A DNA stretch of 54,323 nt, filler included, from Catajapyx aquilonaris (lineage: Eukaryota): the NCBI GenBank assembly GCA_000934665.2. It is 2 parts of 2 records of this genome, joined end to end, with 100 filler letters (N's around TTAATTAATTAA, not from the genome) between each part and the next. Parts side by side here need not be neighbours in the genome. Positions count along the whole stretch, not along the records: positions 27,171 to 54,323 come from JYFJ02005114.1; 1 more part is not named here. One strand, given 5' to 3'. Position 1 is the stretch's first letter, and the number at the start of each line of letters is the position of its first letter. Positions 43,248-54,323 of the stretch are shown in pieces. The translations under genes were made by a program, and so were the position numbers. Below the pieces are notes generated by a model. It was not told the origin of the DNA, searched no databases, and worked only from the letters and a program-made list of their open reading frames with translations.

Positions 43248-46200
43248 AAGTCTTTCAGAGCTGTGGGAAGCTGCCGGACCCTCTGCGGTCGTTGCTCCGG
43301 CCGCGGTGCAGACACGGGACTCCCTTCTGTGAACTCAGGATCTGTCTTTGGTATCCTAGGGCGCATGTGGTCCACATGCCGACGTATCTTCTGTCCGGTA
43401 GATATAGCAGTACTGTAGGTCCTGGGGCCTTCAACTGCAGATACCACTCCAGGGAGCCATGACTCCGGTTTCTTGATGAAATCTCGCACGTAAACAGCAT
43501 CTCCTGGTTCGAAGTGTGGGTCCTGCGACGTTGAAGCATAATACTTTCTCTCTTGTCTGATGGTCATTTCGTCAGACACATCTGGATATAATCGGTCTAG
43601 GGCAGTGTGAATTCTCCTACCCATTAACATCTCCGATGGCGACCGTCCTGTAGATGATGTTGGTGTCGTGTGGTGTGCTAGCAAAAATCGAGCAACTTTC
43701 ATCTTAATGTCACCTTCACTCATCTTCGCCAGCGCCTCCTTTGTAGTCTGTACCATTCTTTCAGATTGTCCATTAGAAGCTGGATGATACGGTGGCACTA
43801 GAATTTGACGAATCACATTCTTCTCTGCAAACTCTTGCATCTCTCGCGAAGCAAATGTTGCACCGTTGTCGGTAACCATAACATCGGGCAGACCGTGCGT
43901 TGCAAACAGTCTACGTAGCTCAATGATGGTAGATGTAGCGGACATCGAGCGCATGGGCAGTACCTCCAGCCACTTGGGAGTACGCGTCCACTACAATCAA
44001 ATAAACGACACCGTTGTGTGGTCCCGCGAAGTCCATGTGTAAGCGGGACCATGGTTTCTTGGGGTACTCCCAAGGATGTACTGGGGCATTTGGTGGCAAG
44101 TCCCGTGTAGATTGGCACTTGTCACAGAGGTGAACGAACTGTTCCACCTCTTTGTCGAGTAGAGGCCACCACAGATAGCTACGTGCTAACGCCTTCATGT
44201 GGTTTATGCCCGGGTGTCCCGCATGAAGTAACGTTAATGTGTCCTTCCTGGCTTGAGCAGGGATGACAACGCGAGTACCCCATAGCACGCACCCATTGTG
44301 AACAGACAATTCAGATGACCTTGTCCAGTACGGTAGCAGCTCCAAGTCATCAGGTTTGCTTGTAGGCCATCCCGAGAGACAGTAGTGCAGAACCTTATTC
44401 AAAATTTGGTCCTTTGTGGTAAGTGCGGCAATGGATTTCGCACTCAGGGGAGACTGCGGGACGGATTCCAGTAGCAAGACTTCCATAGGGTCAGGTACAG
44501 CACAGTTAGGAACCTTCAGAGGTAATCTGCTGAGTCCATCTGCGTGTCCCATCTTCTCTCCGGGTCGGTGTACTAGCGTATAACTGTAGCGCGCCAGCAT
44601 TAGGATCCACCTCAACATTCTGGGGGAAACTACTGTTGGAATGGGTTTGGCAGACTGCAGTAGTCCCAGCAATGGCTTGTGGTCAGTAACGAGAGTGAAC
44701 GTACATCCAGCAAAGTATCTGTGGAAATGTTTCACTCCGTACACCAGTGCGAGAGCCTCCCTGTCTAACTGAGAAAAGTTTCTTTCGCTCCCATGTAATG
44801 TGCGGGAAGCAAAAGCAATGGGGGCCTCGCGACCGTCTGGAAGTAGGTGAGAAAGTACACACCCTACCCCGTACGGTGAAGCGTCACAAGCTAGCAGCAA
44901 GGGTTTCTTTTCGTCATAATGCACAAGTACCTCTGCCTCCAGCACTCTTTCCTTTGCCGCCTCGAACACCTTCTGGTGGTCCTTGGTCCAATTCCACTTC
45001 GCCGACTCATCTAGGAGTCGATGTAATGGCTCCAACAGGGTAGCTCTATCCTTGAAGAACGTCCCGTAAAAATTTAACAGACCCAAAAATGAGCGTAGTT
45101 CCTTCACATTTGTAGGGGAAGGTGCTGCTCTGATGGCTTCTACCTTGTCCTTAGCCTGGTGCGTCCCAGCAGCATCTATCTGGTAGCCCAGGAAACGAAC
45201 GATATCCACTCCAAAAGCCCATTTCGTAGCGTTGACCTTCAGTCCAGCATCTTGCAGGCGTTGTAGCACCACTCTCACACGGTTATCGTGTTCCTCTTGT
45301 GTAGCACCTTGTACCAGTATGTCGTCAAGGTAAGCAGAAACACCAGTGATGCCAGCCAAGGTGTTGTCCATGCAACGCTGGAAAATCCCTGCGGCGCAGG
45401 AAATGCCAAACTGAAGCCTATTTACTTTGAACAATCCTTTGTCTGTATTGATTGTAAGCAGGCATGCAGTTTTCTCAGTAACAGGTAACTGCTGGTAAGC
45501 TTGTGTCAGGTCGATGCGTGAAAACACCACTCCACCAGCCAATGTAGACAGGATTTCAGCAGATGTAGGTATGGGGTAGGCATCAGCATTGATTGCAGTA
45601 TTGGCAGTACCTTTGTAGTCCCCGCATATGCGCCAAGATCCATCCGGCTTCCTGACTGTCACTATTGGAGAGGCCCATTTTGAATGTCTGACCGGCTCCA
45701 ATATTCCGTCTCTTTGCAGCTTGTCCAATTCCTCTGAGATTGACGTCACCAGAGCGAATGGAAGCGGTCTCGCCTTCATGAATTGAGGATGAGCGTTCTG
45801 ATCCACTTCTACTGACACTGGAGGTCCCTTGTACTTCCCTAGACCACTGCTGAATAGAAGAGGAAATTCCATCCGCCAATCAGGAATCTTGTAATTGTTG
45901 ATGGCATATATGCCCTGCACGGTGATTCCCAGCGTTGCAAACCAGTTTCGACCAAAAAGTGTTTGTCCCAGGCCATTGACCACCACCAAAGGCAACGTAG
46001 TTTTCTTCCCCTGGTGGTTTACTTCCACGTCTACAACCCCTTTCATTTGTAGTGCTTGATGACGCCACGCCTGTAGGACCACAGACGTAGGACGTAGTAA
46101 GGGTGGATTAACTGGCCACAACCGTTGAAAAGTGTCCGTTCCAATTATGGACACATCTGCACCGGAATCGACTATCATGTCGACTTGTCGTCCGTGCATC

Positions 46201-46274
46201 ATCAAACGCGTCTTGCATTTAGGTGTGGTTTGAATTGTTCCCACCTGGCAAATGTTGTACATCTTGCCATCCAC
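43248..46274 (-). pseudogene. Gypsy pol (protease-RT-RNase H-integrase) with one frameshift
   Basis: IVDSGADVSII, WASPIV..RICGDYK, YLDD, LACDAS..DHKPL, HHCC, LHMDFAGP, VTDNG..SNGQSER; +1 nt at ~43976-43978 (VDAYS|KWLEV). Confidence 0.93.
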
Positions 46275-46289
46275 GGAGAGGGTTAGCTA

Positions 46290-47812
46290 ATAATGCTATG
46301 TGAGGTCCGGTGAGCTCGAATCAGGCATAGAGGTATTTCAAAGTCGTACTCAGATTTTTCCAGAAGTCACACCAAATGTTGCGCTGTTCTTTGCACAGTA
46401 ACCTGGCCACGTTTCACGTTGCAGTAATGGCTGGACTGTATACCATGAAACGGTTTCACTGTCTGCCATAGTTATTCCCTATAGTTTCACGAAATTCTGT
46501 GATTTCTTCGCTTGTCAAGTGCAGCAGGGTGCGTGCAGTCCAGGACAGCGGTACTTCGTGTAATTTATCCGTATTAATCGGAGACCAAGCCCTGACAGCC
46601 TCTGCCTGATTTGAAATGGAACCACCCTATTATGTTGGCACTGATAATGAATTGTGCAACAATTTCCTTTAAAACACCATTATGTTTACTTTCAAAACTT
46701 ACTCCAATCAGTTGCATTGGAGGTTGGACTAAATACTTTCCAGACAATAACTTGAAAAACAACCGATGGACTTCCTTACTAATTTCACATTCTTCGACAG
46801 TGGGCCAGTGCTCCCTTTTTGCCATTGGCTGAGCTGTATGTGTCCATGTGGATGGTTTATATCCCTGATCGGGATCGAGGATGAAAGGCTATGCCGGGCC
46901 ATCCTCGTTAATATTAACTTAATCAAGTGGGCCAAAATGATTTCCAGCCGGTGCACAACAGCCTCGAAGGATTCACAAAGTATATTTATGTTCACTCTCA
47001 TTCGGGGAGGAAAGGCATTTTCCAAAGTAAAATCCCTTGCAATGCTTTATTGCAGCTAAGACAACAATGTGAGCATTGTTTTGGAACCATGACATTTGAA
47101 ATTCACTTGAGAGGGGAACCCCACGCATGGCTTACAATGCCAATTCGACGCTCCTCTCAACGCCCTTTTCAAAAAATCGCCACGCCGCGCCGTTGATCTT
47201 TGGATGAGCGTAATGGGGCATGTATCATTTCGTTGGCCATGACACGAGGATTCCAGTGATACATAGCAACAAGTGCCACAGAGCGAAAACCGGGGGCGAA
47301 TGTCTCGAAATTGATCAAAAACCCAAAGTTTCCGATTTTTTATCTCCAGAAATATGCATGACTCAAGCTTCAAACTAGACACATTGCAACTTGTGTGGGT
47401 CTATATTCGTGTCACTAAATATGAAATACGTGGCGCAATTACATCACTAATTTTCGGAGGGCCAAATTCTTGGAGATTTGACCGATGTTAAGCCAGTCGG
47501 GGTTTTTCTGGTTCCATTTGCGAGTGAAACCACTTTCATAGCTACATTCTCCTAGTCTTCCTCTTTCTTTTGATGTACATGTCTGATGGGTTTGGACGAC
47601 TCCCACACCCAGAAATAATTCGCCGGAGAAGAGCTGATATCCTGGCCGACCCAAATTTTTTGGGAGCACCCCCTTCCCCGCGGTGTTGCGCAAAAGGGCT
47701 GAAATTTGATATTTCGCATTAGGTCCGAGGTGTGCACAACCCTGATTTTTTTTCCCCGGCCAAATCGGAGATGGTCGAGCAACACTTCGACTCAGTTGAG
47801 ATGGAATGACCC
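46290..47812 (-). mobile_element. Heavily decayed Sola2-like DNA transposon
   Basis: Terminus GGAATGACCC at 47803-47812 (=GGGTCATTCC); broken minus-strand coding remnants (..NEDGPA*PF.., ..LHLTSEEITEFRE..QTVKPFHGIQSSHY) loosely resemble a Sola2 transposase. Confidence 0.4.
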
Positions 47813-48730
47813 ATGTGCATTTGAAAGGTATTTTTATGCTCTGTGGAGTCTACAAGATGGCCATAACCATTCGGAAGAAATCCAAATATTTTATATCAAA
47901 GATGGCAGCCAAAATTATCATTTTTATGTTGATCAATATTCGACCCATACGATTTATTTTGAATGGCACTTAAAATGACAAGACTGAGCAAATTAACTTG
48001 CAATTTCCGCAAACTCTGGAGAACTTTTTTATACATGTCAAATATGAAAACATGTTAAGTGCCAGATGTGTCCTGTAAATGTAGTCACCTCACCCTGCTT
48101 TGAAATTTTCATGTCGCATATGACAAGACAGTCAGATTCTAGAATTCCAACTGGGTAGTAATAAACCCCTATGTCAATGACGAATTAAAAAGATAAACTG
48201 CATTACTTTGGAAAAGTCCCCATTTTTAGACACTTCTGATTAAGGACCAGGTTTAAGAATTTTCTTTGTCGTATATGGATGAGTAGGCTGACGTATAAAA
48301 TTGTCCCTTGGCTTACTCTGTAGCTAAGCTGGTCCTATTTCGAATGGTTTATGGAAATTATCTCTGCTAATCAGTACAAATGACCAGCACAATACACCTT
48401 GGTGCGAGTCTGATGGGTTTCTGACTAATCAAGCACACAGAATATCAGAATATGGCACATATAACAGTGATTTCTTACCAGAAATGTATAACACCTGAAC
48501 TACTACATAACTAAAAGTAATAGAGAGAGAGAGAGATATCCTCTAGTCTAGACACTAAACTGTCCTAAAATGTCTTCATATGAGGTCATTGTCATTTTGT
48601 CCTTGTTTTGGTCAATATTTTAGAACTATAATTTTTCCTGCTCACTATTGGCAAAATGTTCAGAAAATGCAACAGGAACTGACATTGTGATACAGAAATT
48701 TTCTCGGGGCTCTGGAGGATATTGCATTAC

Positions 48731-48853
48731 CTGTAGCTCGGGATTGATGTGCTTCTTCAGCATGTGCCTCTCCAGGTCCCTCTTCGTGGCAAATGCACCG
48801 TCGCAATGGGCGCAGTAGAGAAGCTGGTACATCAGGATGAAGGGTTCCAATAC
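48731..48853 (-). CDS. Internal exon (one C2H2 finger) of the copy-B zinc-finger gene
   Basis: Pyrimidine tract + ttgcag|GTA..CAG|gtaatg; 123 nt, phase 0-0; LYCAHCDGAFATKRDLERHMLKKH. Confidence 0.75.
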
Positions 48854-49119
48854 CTGCAATGAGAAGATGAAAAATTCTCCTCACATACTAATTATTGAAA
48901 ATTCTTGAAAATTTGTAAAGTTCGCACACAGTTAAAAAAATTAGTTGCTTCCATGGGATGGCCTTTAACATTTATTTCCAAGCTCACCTATGTCAGCAGA
49001 GATTTATCATCAGTGCACAACATGCTAAACGCTGCCACAAAGGCATGATGTGATTGAAAGTATCATTTTTATGACAAGTGTTACCTTAGCTTAAACCTTA
49101 AATATTCATTCATGGCATT

Positions 49120-51059
49120 TTTGGAATGGTGTCCAAGATCACCTGGGCAGCCAACCCCTTTGATGGGGAATAAACCCTAGAGGTAGTTTTGGACATTTTT
49201 GTGGGTAACGAACCAACGCAATGTACGCTCTAATTTTTCTGACTTTCATTCGCGATTTGCCATGCTTGTGGAAAACTTATGACGATTTTTTTCCCCCCCA
49301 TCGAGTTACATTACGAGTACCACATTTTGCCATCATTCCAACACAAGCATATCATTCGATAGCGACAGAAGAGCCAAAACAAAGATGGTAAAGGTTTTGA
49401 GACACGCATTTCTGCACTGGGTTACATTGCGTCGTAACTCTCTGAATCATAAATGGCAATGCTCATAGAGCGCACCAAAAGCCACGTGTCCCCCTAGACA
49501 CCACAGACCGTCGGGCCGGAGAGTTGAAAGTCTGAGCAGCTGGTGCCGCAGAACAGCAAACACTGGGCAGTTTCACAGTTGGCATTGTTTAGTGAAGATG
49601 TTGAGCATCCAACGCATGATGAAATGTGGGATTCAACATGTCAGCTCTATCGCAAAAATGCAATTTCTTTTATATTTGTTATAATTTTGTGTACAATGTA
49701 AATACAGACACATGTAATCATGCTAGTCACGTTATGACAAGTTATGCGAGCATTAAAAAAAATTGTTGCATTTTGGAGGTTTTCGGATGTTGGAATTTCG
49801 GATAATTTAAAGGACTCTCAGCCTGCACTTTCTTCCACACAAACCTGCATTCGACATAAGCTGTTTGTTGGCAGAGGATCTCTACACTAGAGCCTATTAC
49901 AGCATTCCTGAAGAGACGGTTTGATAATGCCTTATCAATAGTAGGCACCAGAGAGAACCACTTCTTCAAACCATTGGACAAAAGAACCCATTTGGTGAAA
50001 CGGATTTCAGTTTCTGACAAATCTTTCAAGGCTACTGTTTGTGGTGTAACAAAAGAGTTGGTCAATATTATTCCAGGAAAGTTTTATGCAGTTATCTATG
50101 ACAGTAAGTGGTGGATTGGGAAGGTACTGGACAACTGCGCAGAGGAAAGGGATGCGAAAGTTCAGTTCATGCATCCGCTGGGTCCTTCAGCAACATACTT
50201 TTGGCCAACTAAAAATGACTGCTGTTGGGTACCCTATGTCAATTTACTCAGAGAAGTTCCAGTTCCTTCATCATCATCATCATCTGTATCAGGAAGGACA
50301 TATGTCATAGATGAAAAGGTTCACAAACACATGCAGGAAGTGGCAACAAGTTGGATGTGACCCTTCACTGCAAAGGTAAGTTAACAGTGAAATATGTTTC
50401 AAATATAACATCAGATGGTATTGTAACATTAGAGGGTACAATTTTAACTGTTCTGACAAATGTGTGAGCTATTTCAGGTTCAAAGAGACCTTTAACTTAG
50501 GTATGGAAAGGTTGATTGTGAAGTATAATTTTTACAAACAAATTAATTTTTTATTTGATAACCACAAAAAACACCCTCCCTATTTTTTAAATATAACAAG
50601 TACATGGTTATCTCATTCTACAAAAAAAAAATCCATACTGGTGTTAGTTATGGTTTGCGATCTGTGGCTTGTCGAAGCGACTGACGTATAACGTTACTAA
50701 AACTCCCTTTGCATACGCAGTTGAGTAATTGTCTGCAGCACTTGGCACCACTTTTATATCTTATTTGTAAAGAGAGAAGAAAAAGCTTTAATTTGACACC
50801 AAAATCAGCCCAATCGGTGAAAAAATAAGTAAATTACGAGGATTTTTCTAAACTGACGCAGACACTCCGACCACTTGAATTGCGCCAAAATCGACATTTT
50901 CAAAAATTTCTCCTGAACCCAATTTTGGACCAAAAAATCTGGGAAAAATAATTTGATGCCACCTCATACATAGCTGCTCATGTTAAAATTTTGAAAAAAA
51001 TTTGAGATGTGAGAGCACGGTCGAACATTAAAATCAGGTGATCTGGCGTGGAATGACCC
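49120..51059 (+). mobile_element. Internally deleted Sola2-like transposon with C-terminal transposase fragment (49887-50360)
   Basis: LKRRFDNALSIVGTRENHFFKP..GKFYAVIYDSKWWIGKV..VQFMHPLGPS..FWP..DCCWVP..SGRTY; right terminus GGAATGACCC at 51050-51059; left boundary approximate. Confidence 0.65.
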
Positions 51060-51716
51060 ATAACCGAGGTCTGTTACAGCCAAATCGCCACTTTTCCAAC
51101 GAATATGCAAAGTTTTCTGCTTTCCACATGCTTACAATGCTCACAACTGCACATTGATTAATGAAACTACCCGCAACAATGCAAAATTAGCTCACCCGTA
51201 ACTTAGGGAGTTCCAGAAAAATTCTGTCAATTTCTTTGCCTCCTCATTCTTGCCAAATATACCGGAAAAATAATGTCTTTGACCTTTTCAGCAAGAGTTA
51301 GATCAGTGACAGGTGGGGAAATGACCCCCGCTCCAGTATGCAGTGCTTTCCTTGTGTGAGAAAGGAAGCTGAGTAATCAAAAAGCAGCATATTTTCCCAC
51401 TGAGGGGCCAATAAATGGACTGTTATAGACAAGACGAGGTGAAAATGAGCCTCTTATAACAGGAGTGGAAATACACACAGCCTTATGGAAGTTTGCTGAC
51501 TCGACTGGCCTTTCCAGACTGTTATGAGTGGAGTCCGGATTTTTAGGGGTGAAAAACCCATGAACTAAGCACAAAACACCTTGAAATAGGCACTTTTGAA
51601 AATAGGCATGAAAAAACCGCAAACAGGCCCAAATATTTTACTTGTGCGGGCGTATGGACGATTATGTTACAGAAAATCAAAAGACGGACTAATTTTATAG
51701 GCCTAAAGTACAAATA

Positions 51717-52278
51717 CAGGGTGTTTATTGTAACTCTGCAAAGACTTTCAGGGGTAATAGAGGGGACCAAGACAAGTATTTTTTACATAGTAACCTGTGT
51801 CCGGAAACGCCATCTAGAGGGGGTTCATAGACGAGGAACGGGTGCGCTCAGACGCTTCATGCGGGAGGCGCTAGGCGAGCGGACTGTTTTGTTGATAGAT
51901 GGTGCTCGGATAGTAAACATCGATGCGATGCGCCATAACCTGGCAACAGCAGAGCCATCTAGCAACTAAAGTACGCCTCCTAGGAGATGCGTGGATAGCC
52001 AACAGCGGATTTGTTGTTGCCAGGTTATGGCGTATCGCGTTGTTGTAAGCAAACAACGACGCGATATGCAATAACCTGGCAACAACTGCAATCTATCTAT
52101 CAACAAAACAGTCCGCTCACCTAGCACCTCCCGCGTGACGCGTCTGAGCGCACCCGTTCCTTGTCTATGAACCCCCTCTAGATGGCGTTTCCGGACACGG
52201 GTTCCTATGTCAAAAATTCTTGTCTTGGTCTCCTCTATTACCCCTGAAAGTCTTTGCGGAGTTACAATAAACACCCTG
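51717..52278. mobile_element. Tc1/mariner-type MITE with ~184-bp TIRs
   Basis: TA|CAGGGTGTTTATTGTAAC ... GTTACAATAAACACCCTG|TA; 51717-51900 mirrors 52095-52278. Confidence 0.9.
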
Positions 52279-53378
52279 TATAACGTCACAAATCAGAGCA
52301 GAAACCAAATGACAATGATAAATGAACAGAAAAGTACTGTTTATAGCCCGTTTCCCCTTGCACAGTCCTACCAAAAAATGATCTAGATTTTAATTAGTGA
52401 AACTAATTACTTCTGAACTATTTTGGTCCTTTCAGGAGAAACAACAGATACTCTGTAAAAAATTTAAAAATATATAAATAAAAAATAAATAAATAAAAAA
52501 CATGCCTCTGAAGGAATAAGTAAGGAATAGGCCCAATGAGGCCCGAAATGGCTTCAAATAGTTCAGAACCTATCCGCAAAAAAAGCAGAATAGGAGTAAA
52601 AAGCCAGAACAGACAAAATCGTCTCCAAAACCACGATATGGGTCATTTTAGGCACAAGAAAACCTAGCTTCTCCTCATGGATAGGGGTGGAATCTTTTGC
52701 TGCTCTACTTGTTACTGCTAATTTAGCAGCACCATTGCACTACACTGGTACTGCTGAGTTAGAAGTAGCTAGTAGTGTGACGAAAATTCCACCCTAGCTC
52801 TCTTCATAAAACCATCCCAACATTTGACCCAGGAACCGTTCCGCGCCTGAAAGTTACGGCAACCGTGCCGTGCACTCTTTTAGGACCCCAAGCCTTATTT
52901 CAATTTTTATTAATTTTGATATAATACTTTTCAATGTATTGACTTGTATACAATCATGCCTAAAATGATCGCTAATTCAAAATAAACATGCACTTCCTGT
53001 TATATACTTTAAAAAAATGGCAAACAATTCATTGTAATTGTAATTTTAATGCATTTTAATTCCTTCGAGATCCGAAAAGACCCCACTGCACGGTTCCAGG
53101 GCTCAGGAACTAAATAGGCATCTGCCTAGAAATGTTGGCTTTAGTTATTAGCAAAAGTCCGTTATTTTTTATAATCATCTTTATAATTTTTAGTAATCCA
53201 TGATGACCCTTACGGGTATTTCGGGGGGAAAAGTCAGTTGCGGCCGAGGCTGTTATATTGCGCTCTTCTCACACACGTAACCCGTAGACCGGGGGTTTCC
53301 TGCATTGCAAACCACTTCTATCGAACATTTGAATTCAGCTCAACAGGCTCAACATGCGAGCAGGTCTTCTTTTCTCAC

Positions 53379-53591
53379 CTGGCTCTGCCTTCCTCCTTCG
53401 GACCCACCACCATTTCCATTCCCACCCTCTTCCTCCTGGATGACCCTTCCTCTGACCTCCTCTGGCTCCTCCACCTTGACCCTGTCCCACCTGGAGTGAG
53501 TGAAGCTGTGCGCCAACAGGTCAATCTTCCTCTTGAAGACGTTGTTGGGGCACTGGGGACAGGGGAACCTGCCCAACTTAAGGATGTCCAT
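53379..53591 (-). CDS. First coding exon (C2H2 finger + acidic/Gly linker) of the copy-B zinc-finger gene
   Basis: GCCATGG start context; 213 nt MDILKLGRFPCPQCPNNVFKRKIDLLAHSFTH..VKVEEPEE..RQSQ; donor CAG|gtgaga, phase 0. Confidence 0.72.
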
Positions 53592-53883
53592 GGCTCCTCC
53601 AACAACACCGTGTGTTCCAAGGACCAAACGTTCCGAACCAAAGCAGCGGAGAAAGAGAGGGGACAAAAAACGACAACGGCCATGAGCCGAACACAGGCAG
53701 TAGTCCACTACCGACACTTTCAAGCGGCCGGATGGCAACCCTGGAGCGCAGGGAGTAGGCCACGATTCCTGTTCCACCTGAGAATCTGCAATTGATAATA
53801 TTTGGTTCGATTCTGCTTCGTGTTTTCGCAATTTTCTCGTCTTTTTTTCACCCTACTGTTTTTGAAATAAAAAGAGAGTCAGG

Positions 53884-54323
53884 ATGTCGTGTACATGCTC
53901 CCTCACCTCCACAACGGACGGCAGGTCAGCCAGGCCATCCTGTCTGAGGAAGGACAGGGTCCTGGTGTATGACCCCGTTTTGTTTTTGCTGTAATGAGGC
54001 CTAAGTCGGGGGCTAAGTACTGCGCAAACTGTGTACACTTCAGGTCATACGGTTTGGACACGAGTGGGATCCAACCTGCATGAAGATGGACGAGGTGCAG
54101 TAGCAGGCACTCCATGTGCGGAGAAGGTGAAAGAGTTTGCGGTCATATTACCTGGTGGACAGCGGGACATCAACAGAATGTACGCCACACTCTTAACGGC
54201 ACGTAAAAGTAGCTTCAAAGAGACCAATACCCACACGTGGCTGCAGGTATGAGCTGTACGACCCGTGCACGGTCATGTTCTTCCGCAACAAGCGCATCAT
54301 GATCGATCTTGGCACGGGAAACA
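53884..54323 (+). pseudogene. TXNL4A: Unprocessed Dim1/TXNL4A pseudogene, copy B (truncated by window end)
   Basis: atgtcgtgtacatgctccctcacctccacaacgg (2-nt insertion near the start); VIRFGHEWDPTCMKMDEVQ* with TAG at 54101-54103; a deletion in LVDITEVPDFN; both introns retained. Confidence 0.88.

Larger units (their letters stand above)
40002..46274 (-). mobile_element. 5'-truncated Ty3/Gypsy (K02A2.6/Mag-like) retrotransposon interrupted by a Helitron
   Basis: pol 46274-43248 continues after the Helitron as GAC TTT GTA CCA TAA (40161-40152); PPT gggggagg at 40138-40131; 129-bp LTR TGTT...AACA at 40130-40002 with AATAAA (plus-strand tttatt 40090-40095). No gag or 5' LTR seen. Confidence 0.88.
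37882..54323. repeat. Copy B of the tandem duplication (expanded by TEs; runs off the window)
   Basis: Collinear homology blocks with copy A, as listed for 29677-35590. Confidence 0.85.

Noticed and set aside
43970..43980. Programmed frameshift within Gypsy pol
   Set aside because: It falls inside the integrase core with no slippery heptamer; a single-base insertion or sequencing error is more likely.
33467..47816. Possible 14-kb composite Sola transposon carrying Dim1 and the zinc-finger exon (GGGTCATTCC...GGAATGACCC with ATGT on both flanks)
   Set aside because: The TIRs match for only 11 nt. The paralog shows that the sequence after ATGT should be gaacaaatt, not gcatttga. ATGT-like flanks also occur at the 19667 element, so target preference explains the match.
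51664..52289. Two similar ORFs on opposite strands
   Set aside because: Mirror translations of the MITE's long TIRs.
53238..53795. 185-aa plus-strand ORF
   Set aside because: Antisense to the zinc-finger first exon; no recognisable motifs.

Overview
Eukaryotic, intron-containing DNA that looks insect/arthropod-like, in two blocks separated by an artificial 100-nt scaffold spacer (27071-27170). The left block (1-27 kb) is a compact housekeeping cluster in strictly alternating orientation: Sec23 (+), CHP1 (-), NDUFAF1/CIA30 (+), cardiolipin synthase CRLS1 (-), GNPNAT1 (+) and the 3' end of SCYL1/yata (-). All exon chains were read manually with phase-consistent GT-AG junctions. The convergent pairs are very tight. 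The NDUFAF1 and CRLS1 stop codons are 11 nt apart and the GNPNAT1 and SCYL1 stops 50 nt apart, so their 3' UTRs must run antisense through each other's coding exons. Sec23 has a candidate 24-nt microexon. The right block (27-54 kb) is TE-rich. It holds a Gypsy integrase with a 3' LTR and a tandem duplication of a unit made of a minus-strand multi-C2H2 zinc-finger gene head-to-head with a Dim1/TXNL4A pseudogene. One copy has lost its 5' exons but keeps an open 16-finger exon. The other copy's long intron contains a four-level nest (Gypsy > Helitron > piggyBac-like > hAT MITE) plus Sola-like remnants. Gene names come from recognising protein motifs; no database search was run.
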